From positions 36,861 to 100,860 of the forward strand of contig CANLZI010000001.1 of assembly GCA_947495555.1 (NCBI GenBank): a stretch of DNA of 64,000 bases, read 5' to 3'. The notes under the pieces were generated by a model. That model ran no database searches, was not told the origin of the DNA, and saw only the letters and a program-made list of their open reading frames with translations. The stretch is from an uncultured Erythrobacter sp. GTDB lineage: Bacteria; Pseudomonadota; Alphaproteobacteria; Sphingomonadales; Sphingomonadaceae. Shown piece by piece: positions 27,327 through 38,084 of the stretch (position 1 is its first letter; every line of letters starts with the position of its first letter). Position numbers and translations under genes: made by a program.

Positions 27327-28256
27327 ATGGCTGCTTATACCATCGCTGATGTCAAAACTCTGCGCGAGAAAACCGGCGCAGGCATGATGGACGCCAAGAA
27401 GGCGCTTGAAGAAGCTGGCGGCGATATCGAAGCCGCGGTTGACGCATTGCGTGCCAAAGGTTTGGCCACTGCACAGAAGAAATCCAGCCGTACCGCTGCA
27501 GAAGGCCTGGTCGGCGTTGCTGTTGAAGGCACCAAGGGCGTGGCCGTAGAGGTCAATTCTGAAACCGACTTTGTCGCCAAGAACGATAAGTTCCAGGACT
27601 TTGTTCGCAAGAGCACACAAGTCGCTTTGTCGTTGGACGCTGACGATGTGGATGCGTTGAAAGCCGCAGCCTATCCCGATGGCGGCACGATTGATGCCAA
27701 GCTGACCGATAACATTGCGACCATTGGTGAAAACCAGCAAGTTCGCCGCATGAAGAGCGTGTCCGTGTCTAGCGGAACCGTTGTTCCTTACATGCACAAT
27801 GCTGCTGCGGAAGGCCTCGGCAAAATTGGTGTTCTGGTTGCGCTGGAAAGCGAAGCCGGTGCTGACGTGCTTGAGCCTTTGGGCAAGCAATTGGCCATGC
27901 ACATTGCGGCTGCATTCCCGCAGGCATTGGACGCAGACGGTCTGGACGCTGCCTTGATCGAGCGTGAGCGCTCTATCGCGGCGGAAAAGGCTGCTGAAAG
28001 CGGCAAGCCTGAAAACGTGCAGGAAAAGATGGTCGAAGGCGCGATCAAGAAGTTCGCTAAGGAAAATGCTCTTCTCAGCCAGCTGTTCGTGATCGACAAC
28101 AAGACCCCTATTGCTGACGTTGTAGCCAAAGCTGGCAAGGATGCTGGCACTGCAATCGTTCTGAAGGATTATGTCCGCTTCCAACTTGGTGAAGGCATCG
28201 AGAAAGAAGAATCAGACTTTGCTGCAGAAGTTGCCGCTGCTGTTGCAGGCGACTGA
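27327..28256 (+). CDS. tsf: Elongation factor Ts
   Basis: [19 protein letters not shown] and [12 protein letters not shown]. Confidence 0.98.
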   Translation: MAAYTIADVKTLREKTGAGMMDAKKALEEAGGDIEAAVDALRAKGLATAQKKSSRTAAEGLVGVAVEGTKGVAVEVNSETDFVAKNDKFQDFVRKSTQVALSLDADDVDALKAAAYPDGGTIDAKLTDNIATIGENQQVRRMKSVSVSSGTVVPYMHNAAAEGLGKIGVLVALESEAGADVLEPLGKQLAMHIAAAFPQALDADGLDAALIERERSIAAEKAAESGKPENVQEKMVEGAIKKFAKENALLSQLFVIDNKTPIADVVAKAGKDAGTAIVLKDYVRFQLGEGIEKEESDFAAEVAAAVAGD

Positions 28257-28276
28257 GCAGAAACAATAATAGCATG

Positions 28277-28309
28277 AGCCGCTTCGCACCCCGGTGCGGG
28301 GCGGCTTTT
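28277..28309 (+). terminator. Intrinsic terminator after tsf
   Basis: AGCCGC-TTCGCAC...GTGCGGG-GCGGCT stem followed by a T-tract. Confidence 0.8.
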
Positions 28310-28439
28310 GTTTTTATCCCAAATCTTCATCCCAGCCGAAAAATTCTCGGAACTGCGTTGGATGATGGCTCGTTGTGATCATTGGATACACAGTTAGCGA
28401 TCCAGCTGTGATGCATGCCGCCTTCGCCTAAGCGAAATC

Positions 28440-28468
28440 TATGGACGATTCGGGTCGCAATCGGAATT
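28440..28468 (-). repeat. Degenerate junction palindrome family copy
   Basis: Reverse complement AATTCCGATTGCGACCCGAATCGTCCATA keeps the CGACCC core and part of the arms. Confidence 0.35.
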
Positions 28469-28642
28469 GACCATTGGATCCTGCCTTCATCGGCAGGGGC
28501 GGCACCATTGCCCAGGCCTGCTGGGCGCCTTTGCAGCCAACAATCTTCACACGATACAAAACCGGCTTTCCCTTTGCGCCTTTAACGCAGGGAGGCTAAG
28601 GAACGCGGCAGTTCGCAATTTGCACACGGAAAACCGGTCCTT

Positions 28643-29377
28643 ATGACGATGCCACAAGTCAAACGCGTCTTGCTGAAACTATCGGGTGAAGTCCTGATGG
28701 GGGAACAGGAATACGGGATTGATCCCGCCTATGTTGTGCGGTTGGCCGAAGAGGTAAAGGCGGCCAAGGACAGCGGCCTTGAAGTGTGCCTGGTTATCGG
28801 CGGAGGCAATATCTTTCGCGGTGTTGCAGGGGCCGCACGCGGCCTGGACCGGACCACAGGCGATTACATGGGCATGCTTGCCACCGTCATGAATGCTTTG
28901 GCCATGCAAAATGCCTTGGAGAAGCTGGGTGTGCAAACGCGGGTCCAATCCGCCATTCCGATGAGCAGCGTTTGCGAGCCCTATATTCGCCGCCGGGCAG
29001 AGCGCCATTTGCAAAAGGGACGAATCGTTATTTTTGCAGCGGGTACAGGCAATCCATTCTTCACCACCGATACAGGCGCAGCTTTGCGTGCTGCCGAGAT
29101 GAATTGCGATGCTTTGCTGAAAGGCACCAGCGTTGACGGCGTGTACAGTGCCGATCCCAAAACCAATCCCGATGCCACGCGTTATGACACGATCACCTAT
29201 GACCGGGTGCTGGCAGACAATCTGAAAGTTATGGACGCCGCAGCGGTCGCATTGTGCCGCGAAAATGACATTCCCATCGTGGTCTTCTCGATCCGCGAAA
29301 AAGGGAATGTCGCCCGCGTGCTGGAAGGCAAGGGCGTTCAAACCATCGTACAAGATCCAGAGAATGAGGAAGCCTGA
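28643..29377 (+). CDS. pyrH: UMP kinase
   Basis: [17 protein letters not shown] and GNPFFTTD. Confidence 0.97.
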   Translation: MTMPQVKRVLLKLSGEVLMGEQEYGIDPAYVVRLAEEVKAAKDSGLEVCLVIGGGNIFRGVAGAARGLDRTTGDYMGMLATVMNALAMQNALEKLGVQTRVQSAIPMSSVCEPYIRRRAERHLQKGRIVIFAAGTGNPFFTTDTGAALRAAEMNCDALLKGTSVDGVYSADPKTNPDATRYDTITYDRVLADNLKVMDAAAVALCRENDIPIVVFSIREKGNVARVLEGKGVQTIVQDPENEEA

Positions 29378-29380
29378 TCC

Positions 29381-29938
29381 ATGGCAGTTTACGACAAGTC
29401 CGATATCGATCGGCGCATGAACGGAGCGGTTGAATCGCTCAAAGGCGATTTGGGCGGTTTGCGCACTGGTCGCGCCAACACCAGCCTGCTCGATCCGGTT
29501 GTGTGCGAAGTTTATGGTGCCATGATGCCGCTGAGCCAGGTGGCGACAGTTAGCGCGCCCGAGCCGCGCATGCTGAGCGTGCAAGTGTGGGACAAGACCA
29601 ATGTCAGCGCGGTTGAGAAAGGCATCACCAAGGCCAACCTTGGCCTTAATCCGATGACCGATGGGCAGACCGTTCGTTTGCCTATGCCCGATCTGACTGA
29701 AGAACGCCGCAAGGAATTGGCCAAGCTGGCTGGGACCTATGCCGAGAACGCGAAGATCGCGATCCGCAATGTGCGACGTGACGGCATGGAAGCGCTCAAG
29801 ACCGACGAGAAAAGCAAAGAGATCTCGGAAGACGAGCGCAAGCGGATGGAAGATGAAGTCCAGAAGCTGACCGATAAATATGTCTCAGAAGCGGATGAAG
29901 CCGCTGCCAAGAAAGAACAGGAAATCCTGACTCAGTGA
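29381..29938 (+). CDS. frr: Ribosome recycling factor
   Basis: [11 protein letters not shown] and IRNVRRD. Confidence 0.97.
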   Translation: MAVYDKSDIDRRMNGAVESLKGDLGGLRTGRANTSLLDPVVCEVYGAMMPLSQVATVSAPEPRMLSVQVWDKTNVSAVEKGITKANLGLNPMTDGQTVRLPMPDLTEERRKELAKLAGTYAENAKIAIRNVRRDGMEALKTDEKSKEISEDERKRMEDEVQKLTDKYVSEADEAAAKKEQEILTQ

Positions 29939-29960
29939 AGTCCGGGATTTTTGGAGGGGT

Positions 29961-30647
29961 TTGATGGGCAGTTCGCCCGCACAGGCAAAGCATGTCGCCA
30001 TCATCATGGATGGCAATGGACGTTGGGCAAAGCGGCGCGCTTTGCCGCGCGCCATGGGGCATCAGCGCGGGGTTGAGGCGGTGCGCAAATTGGTGCGCTC
30101 GGTCGGCTCTATGGGGCTGGATTGTCTGACGCTGTATGCGTTTTCGTCGGAAAACTGGAAGCGGCCCGATGAAGAGGTCGATGATCTGATGAATTTGATG
30201 CGCAAGTTCATCAAATCGGACTTGCCCGAATTTATTGCCAATGATGTTCGGCTAAAAATCATCGGAGACTGGCAAGGCCTGGCCCCCGATATTGTGGCCA
30301 TGTTGGAAGACGCGCTGGAGCAGACCTCGGGCGGATCGCGGACCTTGGCGGTGGCGCTGAATTACGGCGCGCAACAGGAAATCGCCCGCGCTGCGGCAAA
30401 GGCCGCGGCGATTGGCGAAGTGACCGACAAGAGCATTGCCGCCCATCTTGATACCAATGATCTGCCGCCGCTTGATCTGCTGATCCGCACCAGCGGAGAG
30501 GTTCGCCTGTCCAATTTCCTGCTGTGGCAGGCAGCCTATGCCGAGATGCTGTTTGTGGACACGCTGTGGCCCGATTTTACACCCGAGCATTTGCAGACAG
30601 CGCTGGACGATTTTGCCGATCGGGAGCGACGCTTTGGCGGACGCTGA
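29961..30647 (+). CDS. uppS: Undecaprenyl diphosphate synthase
   Basis: HVAIIMDGNGRWA and IRTSGEVRLSNFLLWQ. Confidence 0.96.
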   Translation: MMGSSPAQAKHVAIIMDGNGRWAKRRALPRAMGHQRGVEAVRKLVRSVGSMGLDCLTLYAFSSENWKRPDEEVDDLMNLMRKFIKSDLPEFIANDVRLKIIGDWQGLAPDIVAMLEDALEQTSGGSRTLAVALNYGAQQEIARAAAKAAAIGEVTDKSIAAHLDTNDLPPLDLLIRTSGEVRLSNFLLWQAAYAEMLFVDTLWPDFTPEHLQTALDDFADRERRFGGR

Positions 30648-31329
30648 GACCCACCAGAAGAAATCCGGGCAGAAAAAGTCTGATCTGCCCGTGCGGCTCG
30701 CATCAGCCATTGTCATGCTGGCGGTTGCAGGCACGGCTGCATGGTTGGGCGGAGCATGGTTGGACGGATTCATCTTGGCGGTGGGCGTGGCCTGCTTGCT
30801 GGAATTTGCTCGACTGATATCGACCATCGCCAAGCCCGGACTTGGCCGCTTTTCCGCTTTGGTTGGGGCGGGTGTCTATGTCGGCCTCGCCGTTTGGACT
30901 TTGATCAAATTGCCGTTGCCAGTCGTATTGGGCATCGTCGCCGTGGTCATCGCGGTTGATGTCGGCGCCTATTTCAGTGGCCGCTCCATAGGCGGCCCCA
31001 AAATCGCGCCGAAGATCAGCCCGTCAAAGACTTGGGCGGGTTTGATTGGCGGAATGCTGGCGGCTGGCTTGGTTTCAGGCGGCCTGTTCGCTTGGAACAC
31101 CGGATCCGCAGAGCTTCGGGTAATGTTGTTCATTGCGTTTGCGATTGGAGCAGGTCTGGCTGTGCTGGCGCAGGCGGGCGACTTTTTCGAAAGCTGGCTA
31201 AAACGCAGTGCTGGCGTGAAGGACAGCAGCAATCTCATTCCAGGACATGGCGGCGTGTTTGACCGGGTTGATGGCCTGCTTCTAGTGGCGATCGCCAGCG
31301 GAGCTTTGTGGAGCATTCACCCGGCATGA
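30634..31329 (+). CDS. cdsA: Phosphatidate cytidylyltransferase
   Basis: ISPSKTWAG and KDSSNLIPGHGGVFDRVD; TTG start assumed. Confidence 0.93.
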   Translation: MADAETHQKKSGQKKSDLPVRLASAIVMLAVAGTAAWLGGAWLDGFILAVGVACLLEFARLISTIAKPGLGRFSALVGAGVYVGLAVWTLIKLPLPVVLGIVAVVIAVDVGAYFSGRSIGGPKIAPKISPSKTWAGLIGGMLAAGLVSGGLFAWNTGSAELRVMLFIAFAIGAGLAVLAQAGDFFESWLKRSAGVKDSSNLIPGHGGVFDRVDGLLLVAIASGALWSIHPA

Positions 31330-32480
31330 CCCGCAGCATTTCCATCCTTGGCGCAACCGGATCGGTGGGCGAACAAACGCTGGACCTGATCGGGCGCGAG
31401 CGAGACAAATGGCGGATCGAGGCTCTCACCGCAAATTGCTCGGCTGAGAAGCTGGCCAGAATGGCGCTCGATTTTGGTGCAAAGATCGCCGTGGTGGGGG
31501 ACGAGGCTTGCCTGCCTGAATTGCGCGAGGCCTTGTCTGGCAGCGGGATAGAAGCAGCCGGTGGCTCAGCGGCCCTGATTGAGGCAGCATCGCGGCCGGT
31601 TGACGTAACTGTGGCCGCTATCGTTGGTTGTGCCGGGCTGGGTCCGGTGATGGCGGCGATAGAGCAGGGCGGTACAATCGCTCTGGCCAATAAGGAAGCG
31701 CTGGTCTCGGCTGGTGACGTCATGATGGCAGCTGTGGCCAAGCATGGGGCAACGCTGCTTCCGGTCGATTCAGAACACAACGCGATTTTCCAATGTCTTG
31801 CAGGCAGCAAGCTGTCGGATGTGGCTCGGATCACTTTGACGGCAAGCGGCGGACCGTTCCGAACGTGGACGCAAGATCAGCTGGATGCAGCAACCCCGGA
31901 ACAGGCCGTGGCGCATCCCAATTGGGACATGGGCGCCAAAATCAGCGTCGATAGCGCCACGATGATGAACAAGGGTCTGGAATATATCGAGGCCCATTAT
32001 CTTTTCCCTGTCGGTCTCGACCGGCTGGGCATTGTGGTTCACCCGCAAAGTGTGATCCACTCCATGGTTGAGTTTCGCGACCGGTCCACACTGGCGCAGC
32101 TTGGCCCGTCTGATATGCGCGTTCCCATCGCTTCCTGTCTGGCTTGGCCGCAACGCATGGACACGCCGATGGCACCGTTGGACCTGCCGTCGATCGGCGA
32201 ATTGTCCTTTTTTGCTCCCGATGAAACCCGTTTCCCCGCTACGCGTCTGGCGCGCCAAGCGATTGAAGCGGGCGGGGCAGCCCCTGCTTCACTGAATGCA
32301 GCCAATGAAGTGGCTGTTGCTGCCTTTCTTGCTGGTCAGATCGGGTTCACCCGAATTGCCGCAATGGTAGAGGAGACCATGTCCAATTATACCGCGCATA
32401 CGCCCCGATCGCTGGAGGATGTTCTTGCAACCGATCAAGCGGCGCGCATCGCCGCTCATCAATTGTTGGAGCTGACCTGA
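31326..32480 (+). CDS. dxr: 1-deoxy-D-xylulose-5-phosphate reductoisomerase
   Basis: ILGATGSVG, LANKE, PVDSEH and HPNWDMGAKIS. Confidence 0.97.
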   Translation: MTRSISILGATGSVGEQTLDLIGRERDKWRIEALTANCSAEKLARMALDFGAKIAVVGDEACLPELREALSGSGIEAAGGSAALIEAASRPVDVTVAAIVGCAGLGPVMAAIEQGGTIALANKEALVSAGDVMMAAVAKHGATLLPVDSEHNAIFQCLAGSKLSDVARITLTASGGPFRTWTQDQLDAATPEQAVAHPNWDMGAKISVDSATMMNKGLEYIEAHYLFPVGLDRLGIVVHPQSVIHSMVEFRDRSTLAQLGPSDMRVPIASCLAWPQRMDTPMAPLDLPSIGELSFFAPDETRFPATRLARQAIEAGGAAPASLNAANEVAVAAFLAGQIGFTRIAAMVEETMSNYTAHTPRSLEDVLATDQAARIAAHQLLELT

Positions 32481-32482
32481 CA

Positions 32483-33616
32483 GTGTTCGAATCTCCCCCT
32501 TTCTGGATGTATATCCTCGGTTTCCTGCTGGTGCTGGGACCGTTGATCACAGTGCACGAGCTGGGCCACTATCTGGTCGGACGCTGGTTTGGTGTCGGCG
32601 CAGATGCGTTCTCCATCGGATTTGGCAAAGAGCTATTCGGTTGGACCGACAAGCGTGGCACTCGCTGGCGGGTCGCGGCGATCCCGCTGGGTGGTTATGT
32701 CCAGTTTAAAGGGGATATGAACCCCGCCAGCATTCCAGAAGAAGGCGGGCCTGCTCCTACCAATGATAGTTTTCAGGCGGCCAGCCTGTGGCGGCGGGCG
32801 CTGATCGTCTTTGCGGGACCGGCCACGAACATTATCGTCGCGATTGGTATTTTTGCCGCCTTCTTCGCAGTGTTGGGCAAGCCGATCATTGAGTACCCCG
32901 AAGATTCCACAATCGTCAGCAGCTTTTCAGAGGTGTCGGCTGCGCAGCAGGCCGGGGTTGAAGTGGGGGACCGGATTGTGGCGGTCGATGGCGAGGCGGT
33001 GCCTGATTTTTCCGCCTTGCTCGACAAGGTCGCCCTGTTTCCCAATCGCGAAGTTATCCTGACAGTTGAGCGCGATGGGTCGCCCCTCGAATTGCCCGTA
33101 ACCATCGGCAGCGCGGTGCAACCCGATGGGTTTGGGAATGAGGCAACCGTGGGACGGTTAGGCGTTTACCGGGCCGATAGCGGCGAGGTCTCCGTAACAT
33201 ACGAGGATGTGGGCACGTTTGAAGCCATTCCAATGGCTGCGCAGCAATGCTGGGACATCACCGTCATGATGGTGACGGGCATCAAACAGATCATTGTTGG
33301 CCAGCGTTCGGTGAAGGAATTGGGCGGTCCTTTGAAGATCGCAAAATATTCTGGCGAACAGCTCAGCCTAGGGCCTTTGGCCTTTCTCAGCTTCGTCGCT
33401 TTGATATCGCTTAATTTGGCATTCATTAACTTGCTGCCAATCCCCGCACTCGATGGCGGGCACTTGGCCTTTTATGCGGTGGAAGCCGTACAAAGAAAGC
33501 CAGTGGGTCCGCGTGGTCAGGAATTGGCCTTTAGAGCAGGCATGGCGTTCGTGCTGGTCTTTATGGTGGTCGTGACGGTGAATGATTTTATCTCCCTCCC
33601 ATTTTTTGGGAGTTAA
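32483..33616 (+). CDS. rseP: RIP metalloprotease
   Basis: HELGH, PDZ domain and NLLPIPALDGG. Confidence 0.95.
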   Translation: MFESPPFWMYILGFLLVLGPLITVHELGHYLVGRWFGVGADAFSIGFGKELFGWTDKRGTRWRVAAIPLGGYVQFKGDMNPASIPEEGGPAPTNDSFQAASLWRRALIVFAGPATNIIVAIGIFAAFFAVLGKPIIEYPEDSTIVSSFSEVSAAQQAGVEVGDRIVAVDGEAVPDFSALLDKVALFPNREVILTVERDGSPLELPVTIGSAVQPDGFGNEATVGRLGVYRADSGEVSVTYEDVGTFEAIPMAAQQCWDITVMMVTGIKQIIVGQRSVKELGGPLKIAKYSGEQLSLGPLAFLSFVALISLNLAFINLLPIPALDGGHLAFYAVEAVQRKPVGPRGQELAFRAGMAFVLVFMVVVTVNDFISLPFFGS

Positions 33617-33780
33617 TGGGGGAAAGGACGCAGGGAAGCGACAATTGGTGCGAGGCACCGCTTGATTGCATTCTCTCCATGGGGCAGAGGCGACTAGTGG
33701 TGCCGGAACTCGAATTCTTCGGGTTTCGAGCATTGTTGGGGCACCGAAAGAAGATTGTTTTGGACAGGAACACAGTGTCG

Positions 33781-36474
33781 ATGAAATCTAATACCATGGC
33801 GGGTGATTACCGGGCGAAGCCCGCTGGCCGATTGGCTGCAGCTTTGCTTTGCGGAACCTTCCTGGCGGGTGCGCCGATGCCGCTGCTCGCTCAAGAAACC
33901 GATGAAGATCCTGCTCCTGCTGCTGCTGAACCAGCTCCTGCGCCGGTTAATGACACGATCCGTTCGATCAATGTTGTGGGGGCGGTGCGCTTGGAAGCGC
34001 AGACCATCCTTAGCTACATCCGTATGCGCGTGGGCCAAGAATACACCGCAGCTTCGGCTGATGCGGCACTGAAAGATCTTGGCGCGACCGAATTGTTTTC
34101 CAATTTCTCGATCCGGAATGATGGTGGCAATGTCGTTATCAACGTGACCGAGAACCCGGTGATCAACCGGATCGTTCTGGAAGGCAACAAGCGGATCAAG
34201 AATGACAAGATCATTCCCGAGATCAAGCTGTCGCCTCGTCAGATATTCACCCGCTCAAAAGTGCGCGCGGACGTTGCGCGTATCATTGAACTGTACAAGC
34301 GGCAGGGCCGGTTTGCTGCAACGGTAGAGCCCAAGATGGTTCAGCTGGCGCAAAACCGCGTCGATATCGTGTTTGAGATTAGCGAAGGGCCCAAGTCCAA
34401 GGTTCGCCAGATCAACATTATCGGCAACGAAGAATTTTCCGATGGTGATTTGCGCGGTGAAATGGTCACCAAGCAAGCGCGCTTGACCAGCTTCTTCAGC
34501 TCCAACACAAGCTATGATCCAGACCGTCTGGCGTTTGACCAGCAAAAGCTGCGCCAATTTTATCTGACAGAAGGCTTTGCCGATTTCCGCGTTGTTTCTG
34601 CGGTGGCCGAGCTTACGCCTGATAAGCGCGACTTCATCATCACCTATGTTGTGGAAGAGGGCGAGCGTTACAAATTTGGCGAAGTGACCGTCGAAAGCCA
34701 GCTGCGCGACTTTGACAGCGACCGGATGACCAACAATCTGCCGATGCAGACCGAAGATTGGTATGATGCGAAATTGGTCGAGGATACGGTTGAGCAATTG
34801 ACCGAGCTGGCCGGAACCTATGGCTATGCCTTTGCAGATGTGCAGCCGCGCTTTACGCCAAATCGCGAAAATCTGACGATGGATATCAACTTCATCCTGC
34901 GTCAGGTTCCACGCGTTTATGTCGAGCGGGTTGATGTGAACGGCAACACGCTGACGCAGGACAAGGTGGTTCGCCGCGAGTTCCGTATCAGTGAAGGCGA
35001 TGCGTTTAACTCTTTGCAGGTTCGGCGGACAACCGCCCGCATCAATTCGCTGGGTTATTTCCAGGAAAACTTTGAGGTCAATCAGGCCGAGGGTACTCAG
35101 CCTGACCGCATTATTCTTGAAGCCAATGTGCAAGAACAGCCTACCGGCGAATTGCAATTGTCGGCTGGTTTCTCGTCGATTGAGAGCTTTATTCTGTCTG
35201 CCTCAATCCGTCAGCGCAATTTCCGCGGACGGGGCCAAACGGTTGGCGCAAGTATCAACTATTCGCGCTTCTCGCGCTCGGCACAGCTCAGCTTTTCCGA
35301 GCCCTATTTGTTCGACCGCAACATTTCGGCGGGTCTCGATATCTTCCGTCGCGATCTGAACAGCTTCAACTTTGTCGACAACGCTCGCAACACGACATTT
35401 GAGCAAGCAACAACCGGCTTTACCGCGCGTGCGGGTGTGCCGCTGACCGAATATATGTCTCTGGTTGCCAGCTACACGCTGAATTACGATGATGTTTCGC
35501 TCGATGAAAACCAGTTCTTCTCGGATTTTGATGGCGATGGCATCCGGACTTGTGAGCCATTGTTTGCCGGCCGTTTCTTGTGTGATGCGCTGGGTAAACG
35601 GACCAGCTCAATCGTCGGATTAAGCTTGGCCTATAACACGCTCGACAATCGCGTGCGGCCGACCCGCGGCCAGAACGTGACCTTCACAACCGAAGTAGCA
35701 GGGCTGGGTGGATCTGTCCGCTATGTGCGCGTCAGAGGCCGTGCGGCCCAGTACTTCTCGATTGGCTCGGGCTTCATTTTCTCGCTTTCGGCTGAAGGTG
35801 GCGCGATCAACTCTTTGGAAGACCGCGGAATCGCCGGCGAAGATGACGTTCGTTTGACTGACCGGTTCTTCATCGGTGAATCGCAATTGCGCGGTTTTGA
35901 CATTCGCGGCATCGGGCCGCGCGTTCTACGCCAACCTTATGTCACTGATGAGGATGGCAATCCGGTTCCGATTACTGATCGTGATCGGGTGGCCGACGAT
36001 TCATTGGGTGGCCGGGCATTTTATCTGGGCCGTGCCGAGCTGGAGATCCCGTTGGGCACAGGCGCGCGGGAGCTGGGCTTGCGTCCATCAATCTTCCTGG
36101 ATGCCGGTGCTTTGTTCGGTGTGAAAACACCGATCTTGCAAGACAATCCCAACGGAATTCAAAGCCGCGATGGCAATGGCAATCTGCTGTTTTTGGAAGT
36201 GGTTGATGATGCCAATGGCAACCCGACAACGGTCCTGAGCACAAATCCAATCGCTGCTGATGGCGTTACGGCCAATGCCCCGAACATTATCGGCAACAGC
36301 CGTTTCCGCGAAGTATTCTTGGGCGATTCTGCCGCGCCGCGCATCTCTATCGGTGTCGGCGTCAATTGGAACTCGCCCTTTGGTCCGTTCCGGATCGATT
36401 TCGCTCGCGTCCTCAAGAAAGTTGAGGGTGACGACACCAAAACATTCTCGTTCAACGTAGGAACACAATTCTGA
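33781..36474 (+). CDS. bamA: Outer membrane protein assembly factor
   Basis: POTRA repeats, LRGF motif and C-terminal FNVGTQF. Start uncertain (33781-33796). Confidence 0.96.
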   Translation: MKSNTMAGDYRAKPAGRLAAALLCGTFLAGAPMPLLAQETDEDPAPAAAEPAPAPVNDTIRSINVVGAVRLEAQTILSYIRMRVGQEYTAASADAALKDLGATELFSNFSIRNDGGNVVINVTENPVINRIVLEGNKRIKNDKIIPEIKLSPRQIFTRSKVRADVARIIELYKRQGRFAATVEPKMVQLAQNRVDIVFEISEGPKSKVRQINIIGNEEFSDGDLRGEMVTKQARLTSFFSSNTSYDPDRLAFDQQKLRQFYLTEGFADFRVVSAVAELTPDKRDFIITYVVEEGERYKFGEVTVESQLRDFDSDRMTNNLPMQTEDWYDAKLVEDTVEQLTELAGTYGYAFADVQPRFTPNRENLTMDINFILRQVPRVYVERVDVNGNTLTQDKVVRREFRISEGDAFNSLQVRRTTARINSLGYFQENFEVNQAEGTQPDRIILEANVQEQPTGELQLSAGFSSIESFILSASIRQRNFRGRGQTVGASINYSRFSRSAQLSFSEPYLFDRNISAGLDIFRRDLNSFNFVDNARNTTFEQATTGFTARAGVPLTEYMSLVASYTLNYDDVSLDENQFFSDFDGDGIRTCEPLFAGRFLCDALGKRTSSIVGLSLAYNTLDNRVRPTRGQNVTFTTEVAGLGGSVRYVRVRGRAAQYFSIGSGFIFSLSAEGGAINSLEDRGIAGEDDVRLTDRFFIGESQLRGFDIRGIGPRVLRQPYVTDEDGNPVPITDRDRVADDSLGGRAFYLGRAELEIPLGTGARELGLRPSIFLDAGALFGVKTPILQDNPNGIQSRDGNGNLLFLEVVDDANGNPTTVLSTNPIAADGVTANAPNIIGNSRFREVFLGDSAAPRISIGVGVNWNSPFGPFRIDFARVLKKVEGDDTKTFSFNVGTQF

Positions 36475-37157
36475 TGAAAAAACTTCTTAAACCCGTTCTG
36501 GCAGCTTCGATTGCCGCTGCGACATTGGCCGTTCCAATGGCTGCGCCAGCTTCAGCACAAGTCAACGGTATTGCTACCAGCAATCCAACTGCAGTGATCC
36601 TGCGTGCCGCCGCGCGCTCGGCAGGCTATAGCGCGATCCAGACTACTTATGCTGCGCAAATCCAGCAGATCAATCAGTTGAATACGGAACTGACGACTTT
36701 GCAGCGCAGCCTGGACACCAATGGTGACCAGCAGCTGACGGATGCGGAAATCCAGGCGAACCCAACAGTGGTTCAACAGATCCAAGCGAAAGAAGCGCAG
36801 GTTCAGACAACCAGCGAGCCCATTGCAATGGCGCAATATTACGTGATCGAACAATTGCTGAATGACTATGGCAATGCTCGTAATCAGGTGATCCAGAATA
36901 AGAGCATTTCTTTGATGATCTCGCCTGATGCGCTGCAATATGGCCCAGATGGTATCGACGTAACCAACGACATTATCGCTGCAGTCGATGCGCGCCTGCC
37001 GACGGTTGCAACAGCCGTTCCAGCAGGTTGGCAGCCACGCCGTGATACTGTCCAAATGCATCAGGCCGTGCAGCAAATTCTGGTGGTTGCAGCACAACAG
37101 GCGGCTGCGCGTCAGGCACAGCAACCAGCAGCTGCGCCGGCCGCTTCGGGCCGCTAA
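36474..37157 (+). CDS. skp: OmpH/Skp-family periplasmic chaperone
   Basis: Signal peptide, helical Gln-rich body and position between bamA and fabZ. Confidence 0.8.
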   Translation: MKKLLKPVLAASIAAATLAVPMAAPASAQVNGIATSNPTAVILRAAARSAGYSAIQTTYAAQIQQINQLNTELTTLQRSLDTNGDQQLTDAEIQANPTVVQQIQAKEAQVQTTSEPIAMAQYYVIEQLLNDYGNARNQVIQNKSISLMISPDALQYGPDGIDVTNDIIAAVDARLPTVATAVPAGWQPRRDTVQMHQAVQQILVVAAQQAAARQAQQPAAAPAASGR

Positions 37158-37192
37158 GCAACGGCATATTTACTGGCAAACGGGGATAGACG

Positions 37193-37648
37193 ATGAGTGA
37201 TACCGGTTTCGACGTCACCAAGGTGCTCGAGCGGCTTCCGCATCGCTATCCGCTGTTGCTGGTGGATCGGGTCAAAGAGCTGGTAGTGGATGAACGCATT
37301 CACGCCGTAAAAGCTGTGACGTTCAACGAACAGTTTTTCCAGGGCCATTTCCCAGGTCGCCCGATTATGCCGGGCGTTTTGCAGATTGAGGCTTTGGCGC
37401 AGGCTGCAGGCGTGCTGGCGGTGGAATCGCTCAATCTGGCCGGCTCGGGCAAGCTGGTGTATTTCATGGCGATCGAGAACGCCAAGTTCCGCGCTCCGGT
37501 AGAGCCGGGTTGCTTGCTCGATCTGCATGCCGAATTTGTGCAAAAACGCGCGCGTGTGTGCAAATTTTCCGGCAAGGCCAGCGTTGAAGGCACGGTGACC
37601 TGCGAAGTGTCATTTACCGCAATGATTGCTGACGCGCCGGAGAGCTAA
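37193..37648 (+). CDS. fabZ: 3-hydroxyacyl-ACP dehydratase
   Basis: [11 protein letters not shown] and [18 protein letters not shown]. Confidence 0.97.
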   Translation: MSDTGFDVTKVLERLPHRYPLLLVDRVKELVVDERIHAVKAVTFNEQFFQGHFPGRPIMPGVLQIEALAQAAGVLAVESLNLAGSGKLVYFMAIENAKFRAPVEPGCLLDLHAEFVQKRARVCKFSGKASVEGTVTCEVSFTAMIADAPES

Positions 37649-37781
37649 CTAAGCAAGCAAGCGACCCACAATGCAATTGGTTGGCCACAAGGGCTTGCCA
37701 AACAGCGCGTCTCTCCGTAATGGCGCGCTTTCCCGAAATTGCTGACCGGTCGGAACCGGTCATAGGCAAAGGACCAAGACG

Positions 37782-38006
37782 ATGAAAGCCGAAGGGCATC
37801 CCGATTATCACACCATCACGGTCAAGATGACCGATGGTACCGAATTTCAAACGCGCTCCACTTGGGGTAGCGAGGGCGACACTATGGCGCTCGACATTGA
37901 CCCAACCAGCCACCCAGCGTGGACCGGTGGTCAGAAACAAATTCAGGAAGGTGGCCGTGTGGCTGCGTTCAACAAGCGTTTTGGCGGGCTTTCTCTCAAG
38001 AAGTAA
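37782..38006 (+). CDS. rpmE: 50S ribosomal protein L31
   Basis: HPDYHTI...[12 protein letters not shown]...RVAAFNKRF. Confidence 0.97.
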   Translation: MKAEGHPDYHTITVKMTDGTEFQTRSTWGSEGDTMALDIDPTSHPAWTGGQKQIQEGGRVAAFNKRFGGLSLKK

Positions 38007-38045
38007 GCAGCTATCGAACAGCTTTGCTTCTGAATGGAAGCACGC

Positions 38046-38075
38046 AAAAGGCGGTCCTGCGGGGCCGCCCTTTTT
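38046..38075. terminator. Bidirectional intrinsic terminator
   Basis: AAAAGGCGGTCC-TGCG-GGGCCGCCCTTTTT between convergent genes. Confidence 0.75.
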
Positions 38076-38084
38076 CGTTGGGCG

